In this document: positions 12,301 to 24,565 of the stretch, piece after piece
Layout of the letters: every line of letters begins with the position of its first letter
Numbering within the stretch: the first letter of the stretch is position 1
NCBI GenBank assembly: GCA_016748015.1
Contig: JAAOMT010000128.1
Coordinates: 131,538 to 195,537 of the forward strand
Origin: Geosiphon pyriformis uo1
Lineage: Eukaryota > Fungi > Glomeromycota
Direction of reading: 5' to 3'
DNA: 64,000 nucleotides
Made by a program: the position numbers and the translations under genes
The notes under the pieces: model-generated
What the model was told of the DNA's origin: nothing
The model's database searches: none
The model's input: only the letters and a program-made list of their open reading frames with translations

Positions 12301-14864
12301 AAATCAGCTTGCCATTCACAATAATTTCTTCTTTGTCAGCTTTGACATTGTCCAGTGGCTTGCCATTGCTGGTGAAGGTAGTGTATGCGAGTTTAGCAGT
12401 TTCTTCTTGTTCCTCTTGTTCTTCTTCTTTATCACTCTCTTCATTATTTGATTCATTTGATTGTTCTTCTTTTTGATCCTGTTTGTTTGCTGGGAGAGTT
12501 GTTTAATGGCAACAATTAACCACTATGGGCTTTTCACTACATCTGATGGTTAATTCACACAGTTCATAGTTGAGTAAGGCTTTTGCTTTCTTGAGCCACT
12601 CATTGCCAACAATGATGGTGTATTCTTTTGCTTCAAAAACCTCCATATCAGTTTCAATGCTGATGCCATTGATGTGGACAGGAATAGCTTTGGCAATACC
12701 AAGACCTTTCTTTTTATCACCATGTACATTAGTCATAGGTCTGGTAGAAGGTTTGTTAATTTTTCTGCCAATTGCTTCTAAGAAATATTTGGTAATGACA
12801 CTTACGGATGATCCACTGTCTAGAATCAAGTCAATGAAATAACTAGCCACTTGGGCTTTGCAAATTAAAGGAATAATGTTGCTGTTGTTAGCAAGTCCAG
12901 CTTGATGAGAGCATTTGTTGATTTTTGGTATTTTCTTCTTGGAAATCAGAGATTTGCAGAGATTTTTTCTAAACTGTGGATGGGTCATCAGCTGGCCAAA
13001 GGTAATATGTGCTGAAGTTTCCATGAGATCTTTAACAACAGAATAAGATCCAGATTTTTGTACTATTTCTGGAGGTTCTAGCTTTGGAGGATTCTTAAAA
13101 ACTTTAGTCTTTGGTGGCTCATTATTATCAGCAGTGGAAGTTGAGGCTTTGTTGGGATCTAGAACGAAATCAACCTTGGCTTTTTTTTTTCTGGTTGATT
13201 CAGAAGTGTTGATTGCTAATTCATCCATGTTATGGTTATCATTAGTTAAGTTAAAAGTGAAAAAGTGGTTTTTTTCTGGTTGGCTTGCACTCTCACTCTT
13301 TAGAGGTGTGCCTACCAGTTTAAAGGCTGATAGACTGTGGCTTTAACTAGAGGATCCTCTCCAAAAAAATTGATGTTGGCATGGTTGGGTCTTTGATTGG
13401 GAGCATTATTGTTGATGGGTCTATTGTTTTAATTGTCATTATTTCTGGAGACTGGAGAAGGTAAAAGAGGATTGTTGCAATCTCTTGAGAAATGTCCAGT
13501 TAATCCACATTTATAACATACAAGAGGACCACGATTTTGCTGTCTTTGATAAGGAGATTGCTGGGGCTGATTAAAATGTGGTTCATATCTGGGTTTTTGT
13601 GGTTGTTGGTTATCTCTAACTGCTTGTGCCAAAGGTTCTAATAACCAGGCAAGATTGGCTGTGAGTCTATCAATTAATTGTTCATTTGAATCTTGAGTTT
13701 GGGCAGCAAAAAAAGTAGCAGCCCTTTAAAGAACAGAAGCTATGACAGGAACAGGAGCAAAAACTGGAAGTGTAGACCCTAAATACATTCTTTGGTTGTC
13801 TTCAATTCATTGGGCAAGTTCAATAGTCATGTCTATTGTAGGGTTATTCTTCAGAGCTAAGAGAGACCAAAGAGCATAAGATAAATCAGTTCTCAGTTTT
13901 TTCGTGAAGGAATGAATTTTTTGCTCTTCTGTCTAGTTCTTTCCAAAGTCTATATGCTTGATCAATTTTCTGATTGCTTTGGCATATTCAGTTACCACTT
14001 TTCCTGGGCCTTGGGTTCTTCTTTCTAATTTTATGTGCCACTTGGATATCAAGATTGAAGTTCTGAACTTGTTTTCAAACTGGGTTGTGAAAGAGGTGTT
14101 GTTTTCTCCAGCATTTGCTGGCATCTATCTAATAATTCTTTGATAGGCATTAGCATCAGTTTCCTGTGAGAACCATGTAGCAGAAGAGCCTTGGAGGTAG
14201 CCACCAACAATTGAAACTTGTACTCATTATTGTATTGGTTGGCTGTAGCAGCTCTCTCAAAGTCATCCAACTATTCAATTAGATCTTAGGCATCACCTCT
14301 AAATAATGGTAATGAGGTGTTGTTTCTTTGCCCTAAAGCAGTCTGTATACCTTAGAGGGCAATCAGAATGTTTTGTTGTAGAGGGTCTTGAGCCATTGGT
14401 TCAGGTGTAACTGTTTGTGTGGAGTGTTCTGATTTACTTGAAAAGAGATCAAAAACAGAAGCAGTTTGATAGCTTTTTTCTTCTGTTTCAAGAGGAGTTT
14501 CTGTTGATTGATGGACAGCAATCCAAATATAGATTTGATGATTCAGATATTCAAAATCAAAGGGCTGTTGTTCAAAGGTTGCAGAATATAAAAGCTGATT
14601 GATACTGTTGTTTCTTTCTTCAAAGTTGTCTTTAAAATAAGCTTGGTTAAAGTAATAGATTGTATAAGCTGTGTAGGTTTCAGCTGAATGCTTGTTCAAA
14701 AACCAGTTCCAAAAGTCTTGGAATTGTCTGCTGGATTGTTCTTCAATAAGAAAGCAAATCAAGTAGGAGGGCAAAGAATTGAATTCAATAAAGTCTAGAT
14801 TGTTTTTGTTGTGTGCTTTAAAGTGTTCTTTTGATTGTTGTAGCAGGTATAAATAATTACCCAT
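9320..14864 (-). pseudogene. gag-pol of element B, degenerate
   Basis: ORF fragments: IN 9338-10278, RH 10634-10816, RT 11015-11830, Cys-rich 11876-12319, PR 12503-13228, gag 13429-14864. Confidence 0.93.
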
Positions 14865-14893
14865 ACAATAGGAAACAAAGTGAATTTTGACAA

Positions 14894-14910
14894 CCTCACA
14901 AGGAGCACCA
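14894..14910 (-). promoter_or_regulatory. PBS of element B (TGGTGCTCCTTGTGAGG)
   Basis: 6 nt from the 5' LTR; one base different from the A/C PBS. Confidence 0.8.
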
Positions 14911-14916
14911 CTTTTA

Positions 14917-15591
14917 TATTATGGATTGAAGTAACAAGCTAACAGATAGCAAGAGAGAACAGAATTGTAGGGTGATGAAAATAATCAAAGGGAATTCAAC
15001 TTAAATGAGTGAATTGAATGAATATGAATTCAATGTGTAAGATCAGTCTCATAAAATATCTCAGTCACTATTCTTTTCAAAAGGTAACAAAAAAATCTGA
15101 AAGTAAAGGGATAGTCTGTACTATCAACAATTGATAACTGCTGGTATAATTCTATGGCTCACATCAGCACTCTTAGAATTTAATATTAGGTATCAACTTG
15201 TGCTCTTCAATCACATTTATTCAAATAATCTTCAAATACTGCAATTACACATTTCAAGAAAGTGCCAACAAGTAATCTTTTATCCAAAAGATGTTCAGAT
15301 ACTTAAAGGTAGGGAAAGGGAAATTAGCAATAAGAGAATGTTTGAGATAGAAGTCTGTTATTTTATTTCTTTGATTGTCTTGATTCCTTATATTGATATT
15401 TTTCTACAGCTAAGAGACTTATCACTTATATATCTATTGAAAGTGGTTAACGACCAGGTCAATAATCAGGTCAACAGTCAGGTCATTGATCAGGTCAATG
15501 ATCACTATTTAAAAATAGGATGGCTAATTATATAACATCAGTGGCTAATACATGTAATAACTAATAAAAACTATAAGTTTCAACTGTAACA
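14917..15591 (-). repeat. 5' LTR of element B
   Basis: Direct repeat of 7926-8600, same length. Confidence 0.95.
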
Positions 15592-15805
15592 CTACCACTA
15601 TATATACATAATTTGTGTTCTATAAGATTGTTCATATTCTTGAATGATGTGCTATAATTTTTCAAGCAATGCTTACATTGCTAAGGAATATGCCATATTT
15701 TCTTGATATTGCTTCATATTGCTAAGCAATGTGCTCATGTGCTAACTACTACTTTCTTATTGGTCTACTATTTTTTCTATATTTGTTTTCTTTTTATGAG
15801 TAACA
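15592..15805 (-). repeat. 5' LTR of A, U3/TATA portion
   Basis: Reverse complement starts TGTTACTCATA like the C LTRs and ends AATTATGTATATATAG; LINE RNase H sequence begins at 15806. Confidence 0.85.
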
Positions 15806-18800
15806 ACACATAGAAAGTAAGCAGTGGCACCACTGCAAGCACTTACAGATCTCAAACTCTTAACCGAGCTATCAATATAAACATCTATAATACCAGATCC
15901 AAACTGCACAAGATGATTATTAGCAAACCCAAAATCATACAAAAACTCACTTGGAGTGGAATGACGATCTACAACACCACTACCAACCAAACTACTATTC
16001 TCAATAAATTTGACCATAAAGACAAACCAATTAAGAATGTAGCCTCTGGGATCCAATCTCTTTTATCTGCAAAATGTGTATTACTTGAAACACACACCAT
16101 AATAGTTTAGAAGCTGGTTTGCAAAGACAATGCTGAACTTTCATAATGACTTAACTACACATAAGTAGCCTTTAACACCTAATACATCCACAACAGGAAC
16201 ACCACCACCAGATCAAAAAACATTAGGAACATTATTGATTAAGGAAAATCTATATAACACTAACGTGTTGGTTATGCCAGCCAAAAAGCAGTTTGTGAAA
16301 TCAATTAACAATATGACTGGAAAACTAAGGGGTTGCTGGGACATCTAACTGACGACCTGTAGATCCATAGTCTTGTGTTTGAACAGTTTGCCAAGGACAC
16401 CTTTCGAGTTGGCAAAATTAACCAAATTAGCCAGCAAACATTTTGCCTGTACTTGACCAAATAACTTCAAACTATAGAGCTCAGAATGATACAAAGCCTC
16501 ATTGGGAAAGTCTCTGGATAAGTTAGCTTTGAGCTTCAAATTTTTTCTTAATAACCTATTTTATTTTTCACACACACCTGGCAATACATAAGTGAACTAA
16601 ATCTTGTAGCAAACTATGGACTGAAGTACCACAAACATTAAATACAAAAATTGTTTGTTTGAAACAGCTTTTCTCAGAACCATATTCATAAAAAACCTAA
16701 TGTCTGAATGGGCCTTGCTCAAACTGGGTTTGGAAAGACCATTCATAGACAAAAAAATTCCCAAATATCTGTGAGATTCATTCTTCTTAGCAATCAAAAT
16801 ATTAGATTCACTAATTTGTAGCTAAGAGCACTTTACTCTCTAATTGATTGGTATGACAACTGTCTTATTTGTGTTGATTGAAATGTTATTGACCTGAAAG
16901 AACTTGCTAGCTATATCCAAAATATTCTGAGTAGCAGTCCTACTATTACCAATCCAAATAGTGTCATCTACAAAGACCCAGCTGTCAGAAATAAAGTCCA
17001 CTCACTCTTGGAATCTTGCTTGCCAGATTTGGTAAAAAACTTTGAGTTCAATCTGTATTTATATAATTTCTCATGTTTTTTGACTTCACAGAGCAAAAGA
17101 TCATAAAAAATTCTTCACAATAGTGGTGAAAAGACTTCTCTCTAATCAAGATTATCATGGACATTATGACCTCATATTAGTCTAAAATCTGTTATTACTT
17201 GATTGGTATGGCCATTGTGTATGCTACCAAAGAACTTAATAAAATGAGAACACATCTTAATTCTGGTTAAACTGTTCAACAAGTAAAACCATCTAACAGA
17301 GTCATACACTTTCTGTATATCCTGAAGCATTAGCCACAACTTTCTATCTTTTTTCAGTACATTTTCAACAATCAAACCAACAGCAAAAATTGGAGTCTGA
17401 ATAGATGTCCCTTTTAAGACTAAGAAGTTATCACCATACAACACATTAAACTTACTGCATGTTGAAGAGATCCTGTCAGATAAAATTTTGAAAAGTATCT
17501 TCCAGACTGTCTTAATTAAAGCAATCAGTCTGGTATTGATAAGAGTCTCTTCCCAATCATACAGTTTTGGTATCATGAAGACTCAAACATGCTTCTATTG
17601 TGCAGATACAGCACCAAAGACCAAACAAACATTAATAATATTTAGCAAACCACCCAGAACTAGTTCATCATCATGTTTCCAAAGCTTATTAGGAATGCCA
17701 GAGAGATCTGCAGCTTTCTTATCAAGCAAACTTTTGATCACCTGAAAAAACTAATTAGAACTGATATTACTTATAATGACACAAAAGTGTTGTTATTAAC
17801 ATAATCCGAAGAAGCATACTGACTAGACTATTAAGTAGGTATGAAGTTAGGGATTGCATGCTTTCTTATCTATTCTTCCATAATATTATCAACTGTGGAC
17901 TTAACCTTATCAGACAACAGTATCAGTTCATTATTTACAATTAGATAGTTAAGCACCACTTTGCAAAATGGATGCTTTAAAACACTTTTAATCATCTGCT
18001 CTTTATTAGAACAAAAGTTTTCTATGTGTTTCTTAATTATCTTTTTGATAAGTATATCTCTTGCAACTTTAGACTTAAAGTATTTAGACCTGTAGTACCT
18101 TTTTTTAATATTTGACAAATAATGTAAAATAGAGTCCAAACTTACACTATTATTAATCATGTTTTGCAAATTAGAAGTCTCTTTTTTATCAACAATGGAC
18201 CAAGCTCTGATTAAACGATCAGCTCCAGAATTACCAAATAATCTTAAATACTTCACCAGCTTAGCTACCAACAATTCCAGTTTGAAAAATTTTGACAAAT
18301 GTTTATTTCTTGAGCAATCAAACTCACTAAACCAGTATCTAGAAAACACTTCATCAATGGCTCTAATCATCACATCTTTAAGGATTGCCCACATAGTATC
18401 TAAATTTCTATCAACTTTTGCACTATTAAACTCAGCAGATTTAGCCAAAAATCTGTTCAGTGAATATTCTCTGAAATGTAATCACTTCTTAACACCAACA
18501 TCCTTGATTTTGAATTTCCACCTATCTCTATTAGCTTACTTACATTCACTATTAAGGCTAGTATCCAGTAGACCACTCAAGCCAATTAAGACCAAAACAG
18601 CACTGTGATCAGTATTAAAAAAATCAGAAGCAGATTCAACTTGATGACCAGCCACCACAGAAGACAGACTTTTACTCACAAAAATAAAATCAATAACTCT
18701 TTTAACACTCCTTAAGTTGCTTTAGGTAAAAGCATTAACAAGTGAATACCTAGCAAAAAAGTTAATCAAACCAAAATCTGAACAAAACTTGAAGCTTGCA

Positions 18801-21190
18801 CTTTTCCTAGAGCCATTTTCATTGAAATTCTCACCAAGCATTACAAATGTGCTAGAATTAACAGCCTTAGCAATAAAAAAATTGATTTTCGAAGCTTGAT
18901 CAAACCTGTTTGCAGCAGAAGCACCAGCATACAAGCCCAAAACTATAACAAAAAGCTTGCCTTTAAAGAGAAGCCATACTGAAATAATCTGACCAGAAAT
19001 GTTCTCAATCTTAGAAACATAATGAGCCAAAGAACTGTTTATGATAATAGTTACCCCAGCACCAAGAAATCCTTTATCCAAACCAAATAAAAAGACACAT
19101 ACTCCCTCAAACTTGTTCATGATTCAAGATTTGATGTCAGGTTTTAACTTTGTTTCTGTAATAAAAGATACCATATTCTCAGACTCCTTATGCCAATAAA
19201 CAATGTTTACCTGCTTGGCAGGGATGTTAATACTTCAAACATTACATATAACAAACCTCCATACTAGCTCTATCATTGAGAGAAAGAAGCAGCAGGAACC
19301 AAACTAGTATTGTCTATTTTGGCTAAAAGGTCCATAACTGTAATTGCAAGATTTTTCAAAGTGTTTTCTATTTTCCCAATAACAGAAAAATTGAAAATTA
19401 CCACTTCCACAACAGTCTTACCACTAATGGCCACACCCAAACCCTCATTCATCACTATATCTGCCCCTTGATTCTGTAATGAAAGGGTTACCAACAGCTA
19501 ACATTCAGGGCTAAGCTGAAAAACTGTTGGCTTAGGTGCTTTCAATCTCTTAGCCAGCATATCAACATGCTCTGCAAGACTAACAAGACTGCACTTAAGA
19601 GTGACAAACCTATTATTGATTTCTGTTACAACCAGTAGGAATGATTTCATCTTCAAAGAGAAGCCAATATTCAGCAAAACAACCTGGCCAAAGAGAAGGG
19701 AAAAAAGAGACTTACCAACTACCTTAGCCCAAGAAAGACCACCAAAAGAAACAGAATAAATGACTGAAGCAGAATGTTTGGCATAGATTACAGCCAGCCT
19801 GCTTTTATCTGCATCTGAAAGCATTCTACACAATAGTTTACCAGAAAAAATCTTTCCACTCTCAGCACAGTTTAATAATGTATGACTTATCTTCCCATAC
19901 TTAGTGCATTTGACAGATATAAGACTAGACCAATGCAAATTAGTGTTTCTAAGCACCGACATGATTCTTATGGCAGCATCTAATGATCCAGCAGAATCAA
20001 AACAAACAACAGCACACCTGACTTGGGCATATATAACTGGATGGCAATCAATGATGCAAGTCTTCCCACCTACAGATCTAACAAAGTCCCAGATATTATG
20101 AACATTAATTCCCATTGGCAGTATGTAGAGCAGTGCCCTATAATAATTCCTTGCATCCTATAATTTTTTGTCTGAATCAGCTCTGGCAACACATATAGCA
20201 TCCTTCCCAATTAAGATAGACCATTCAGCTGTGACCAAATCAGCATGATCCAATTGCTCAAATTCCACTACTGCTTTCTGCCACAGCCCTACTAATTGCA
20301 TCTTGATCAACTTAATTATTCCAAACTCGGATAGTACAGTATGTACAGCCTCAGCCAATATTCCAACTGGAATTTTCTTAATTACCACAGCCCGATCTGA
20401 ATGAATATTTAATTTTCTAAGATCAGTGTTTACCAAAATGTCTGCTGCTCTTGTCTTTTCCATAGCCTGCATCAAGCTAGCTTCAGAAGTAAAAAAAGCA
20501 CAGATGATCTCAGAAAATTTTGAGGGAGTAGAAGCCCTTCCAAAACCATTGACTTTTGAAAACAATCTTCTAACTACTATTAGCTTCTTTTGAGAAGATT
20601 TTTCAACCACTTTATCCAAGCTGATATTCAAAGCAAAAGACTTCCTAACAGAAACAGGAACCAAATTCTTTAAGGGAGGGGGAAGTTCTAAGAGAGCATC
20701 TAAGAGAACATTGTTATCAATATCAAGATTTAAAAAATTTATCTTTTTTAATAGCTTGCTCAAAGCCTTTTTAGTTTTGATACCTGGCCCTTTAGACATT
20801 TGATTATGATCTCTACCAGCAATAGTGCCACTCTTACCATAGTCAAAGCTGGTTTCTTCCACTAAACATTTCTCCTCCATATCAATACTTTTAGACTCAA
20901 TAGTGTTACCAGTTTCAAAACTTCAAAAATGACCACCAGGCACCTCAGTTGTAACTCTTTTACTACCAACACTCTTTTCTAAAGTGACACCTTTTTTCTT
21001 CTTCCTTGACAAAACAGGCTTGAAACCACTATCAGAACCAGACTCTTTAGCAACTTTCTTTATGATGACAATACTAGGGCCAACAATAATCTCAAAATCA
21101 AAAAACAGTTTGGTTTTATCATACTGAATGTTAAAAAAAAAACTTCTTTCAAAAAACTTTTGACTCTTTCTGGGAATTTGGGATGAATAA
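15806..21190 (-). mobile_element. LINE 1 (ORF1 plus APE-RT-RNase H ORF2), 3' end cut by element A
   Basis: ORF1 about 19273-21130 with degenerate knuckle CTKYGKISHTLLNC. ORF2 from 19276 with APE (TETKL, LGENFNE), RT (QDIQKVYDSV, FVDDTIW) and RNase H (VYIDSS...ATAYF). Confidence 0.9.
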
Positions 21191-21822
21191 AAGAAAAAAG
21201 TTTTTTAAAATTATTATGATAAAATATAATTATTATAATATTAAAACTGGTTTTAATTTATTAAAAAAATAGAAATTTTTTTTTTTTTTGTTTTAATTAT
21301 AATAATTTACAAAAGTAAAAACTAAAATTTTTTTACTCAAATTATATTAATTCTTAGTTCTTATTTTTTGTTTTTAATTATGTATTTTATTTTTAATTTT
21401 AAAATTTATTTATGTTATCAATAATTTTAAATTGATAACATAACTTGAATCAGTATAACCATTTTTTGTAAAATGTATCCAAATACAAAATAAAAAATCA
21501 TATATAAAAAATATGATATTTTGAATCTGATAAACATTATTAAACAACTAATTAATATATATTATTAAACAAATCTTTTTATTGTATAACATAAAGATAG
21601 TTTAAGCTAAATGAAACACTATGGATAAATGCAAACTTTGTAGATATTAGCAAGATAGAAAGAAAAGGGGTAAAAATGGATTCTTTTGGATCAATAATGC
21701 TTTGTAATAACATGTTTAAAAATGAGGACATAAATACCCTTCAGTAGATTAACAGTGAGAAAAAGATCAAATTCATCCGCAATTGAAATAGCTCATATCA
21801 ACGAAACCTTTTAATTTTGCTC

Positions 21823-24370
21823 CTATGAATTAATCGATTGGAAATATTTCTAAGTGTAAAAAATATATTCAAACCAGGGTTAGCAGAGTATAAAAATAAG
21901 AAACCAAGGCAAAGGACTAAAGTACCATTCTTCCTCGCCCTTTATATTTAATGGGAGGCGATCTTGACATTGATCTTCTACGTTGTCGGCCTTTCTTGTC
22001 CTCCTCTTTATCTTTTTCCTCTATATCATCGTCTCGCTCGTTATCCTTTCTCACACGTAAATCTCTAGCCCTACCGCGATCTTTTCTGGAATAGCTATCC
22101 CTTTCACGGGAACGTTCACGTTCTTCGTCACGGCCTTTCACTTCTCTGTCACGATCTCTTAAGGAATCACGATCTAGGTCATGATGACGCCCACGCTCGC
22201 GGTCATTGTCACGATCGCGACCTTTTTCATCTGCCCGATCTTTATCACGCGTAGTGTTACTATCACGCCGATGACGAGGAGCAATATAGGTATCACCAGG
22301 TCTATAACTATCAACCCTTTTACTATATCGGCGACTGCGTGGCAAAGGACTTTTAGTACGTGAATGAGATCGTCGACGGGAAACACGTGAGGACAAAGAA
22401 GGTGATCTATTTCGAGGGGAATGCGTTCTGGAACGAGAATTTCTCCGAGATTTAGGAGATTTGGAACGCGATCTTTCTCTGTTGGACCTTGATCGAGAAC
22501 GCGCTTTAAGTGATCTTGAACGCGATCTAGACCTTGATTTTGAGTGGGAACGGTTAAGAGACCTGGATCGTGATGCCGACCTGGATCTCGAACGACTCTT
22601 ATTAGCTCTTCTACGATTATTCACATTTTTCGGGTTAATATCGTCATCCACGCTCACATCCGATTTTTCCTTACTGATAGATGTCGATCGACTTCTGGAA
22701 CGTGGTTTTCGATTAACACTCCGACTGCGAGATCTACTAGAATGTCGATGTCGTTTCTTTCCCTTTTCTTTCTTTTTTGAGGAACTCTTTTTCTTTTTCT
22801 TCTTATCTTTTTTTTTTCTGCGTCGATCTTCCTCGGAATCAAAAGATTCGCTCTCTGATGTCGAAGGAGTAATTGACTTTGATTTTTTTGATCTTTTTTT
22901 AATCTTCTTTTTTTTCTTTTCGTTCTCAGATTCTGACCCAGAGTGTGTAGCGGATGATGACCTTTTCTTCTCATTTTTTTCCCTAACTTTTAATTTTTCC
23001 TTGACTGGGTAGGGGAAGCAGGATATTCAGCTATAAATTTTAAGAAATGATCCAAAGAAATCTGTCCAAATGCCATATAAATACTTTTTAGACTAGGTGG
23101 AAGTTTTAATTCAAGTTCTCCGCTTTGAGCGATCATAACATTTGCGATCGGGCGATCTTTATCATCAGTGGGAGTATTTTCTACCGCTTCTACAACTTCA
23201 AACCCATTTATAATCCGCCCAAAAACAACGTGCTTGCCTAAAAAATAAAAATTAATACTTTTATTGATATTAAAAAAGAGATAAATTGATGGTGTGTACC
23301 GTCTAAATGAGGCGTTGGTCGCACAGTTATGAAGAACTGAGAGCTATTTGTATTTGGGCCCCTATTTGCCATCGACAAGAGGCCTTCTTGATCATGCTTG
23401 CGACGGAAATTTTCATCTGGATAAAAATTTATCTAAGTTTTCAAGCCAACAACAGTGTATTATCAATCAACCATTATGCGATTTACCTGGAAAAGTGGAG
23501 CCATATATGCTTTCCCCACCAGTTCCATCTCTTCTTGTAAAGTCTATGAAATCGTCAATACAACGAAACCAAGTTAGTTTTCATTTAGTATGAAACCTGT
23601 AGTATGCAAGATAAATTAAGAAATGCCGAAATTACCTCCCCCTTGGATCATAAACCCTTTGATTACTCTGTAAGGAATGAAAGAGAATCTTTTTATTAAA
23701 AATTCAAGTGACAATTTAACATCATTCATATATATTACCGATGAAAAATGGATCCACGAAAATGTAATGGAACATTAGATTGCTTCGCGAGACCTTTTTC
23801 ACCTGGAAAGATTGGAAATAGTACAGTGATAAGTTTATATTAGCAACCTATTAATATAAAAGAAGATGGAAAGACAAAATTGAAAACGCACCGGTACAAA
23901 GTGCTCTAAAATTTTCGGCCGTTTTCTAGCATGGATTAAATGAGATTGAATCGAACAAAAATTTAATTAATTTATGCCTATAAAATGTGATTCCATAATC
24001 ATTAAACCTAAATAATAATCAATGGGCTCAAGAAAACGAACCGGAACTTCGTCTTTAAACAACTCAATTATGATCCTTGGTGAGCACAAGTGAGGGTGTT
24101 AGAATGTGAATGATTTTTGTGTGAGCAACGGTGTGTACATGAGAACGTTCACTGCGGTTTGTAGTGGCTTAAAAAGTTGGTAAAACGAACGACAAGGGAA
24201 TTTTATGGGTTTCAATATGCAAGGAGATCGAACCAAGTACCTGCCAACTGTGAATTTACGTCAGTCATGAGGAAAGTTGACTTTTTAAAATGAAACATGA
24301 AAAACAAAAAGCGAGAATTACCTCGATGCCCGTCAACATCAATGTCAAAGAAAACGCGTGGATTCAACAT
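21823..24370 (-). CDS. SR/RS-rich cyclophilin (peptidyl-prolyl isomerase G-like), multi-exon; last exon uncertain
   Basis: Spliced read [70 protein letters not shown]/..[29 protein letters not shown], then a K-rich and RS/RD-rich tail ending [12 protein letters not shown] introns. Confidence 0.93.
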
Positions 24371-24565
24371 TTTATTATGATTGTTATTGATTGAGTGTAA
24401 CTGAACCTCAAAAACAACTACTAAAAACAATACATTCGTCCTTCTTCCACATGTCGCGTGTGGAATAATGAGTTAGAACCAAGACTTTTCTTTCCATAGT
24501 CTTTTGAATATTAACCAATTAAAATTCAAAATGTTTACATCACGTGGAATTTTTTTAATTTATAA

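Larger units (their letters stand above)
7926..15591 (-). mobile_element. Full-length Ty3/Gypsy element B nested in A's 5' LTR, 4-bp TSD CTAC
   Basis: Two 675-bp LTRs (7926-8600, 14917-15591). CTAC at 7922-7925 and 15592-15595. PBS 14894-14910. Gag with CYKCGLTGHFSRDC knuckle, PR LILDSGSS, RT YLDD, RH, IN (GIDVVGPL). Confidence 0.96.
1..15805 (-). mobile_element. Ty3/Gypsy LTR retrotransposon A (dUTPase-containing family), degenerate; 3' part runs off the window start; 5' LTR interrupted by element B
   Basis: Minus-strand fragments in the order gag, PR (LILDSGS), Cys-rich, dUTPase, RT (YLDD), RNase H (TDASG), IN (GIDLVGPL, YHPQTNGLVERFN). PBS at 7314-7329. LTR 7332-7925 plus 15592-15805 with TGTTA..TAACA termini. 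Colinear with element C. Confidence 0.95.

Noticed and set aside
15131-15535. 134-aa ORF inside the B 5' LTR
   Set aside because: Antisense to the element, TTG start, no recognisable motifs; the sister LTR has three stops in this frame.
22174-23012. Overlapping ORFs such as 22461-23012(+) and 22654-22974(-)
   Set aside because: Shadow frames of the repetitive K/RS exon of the cyclophilin.
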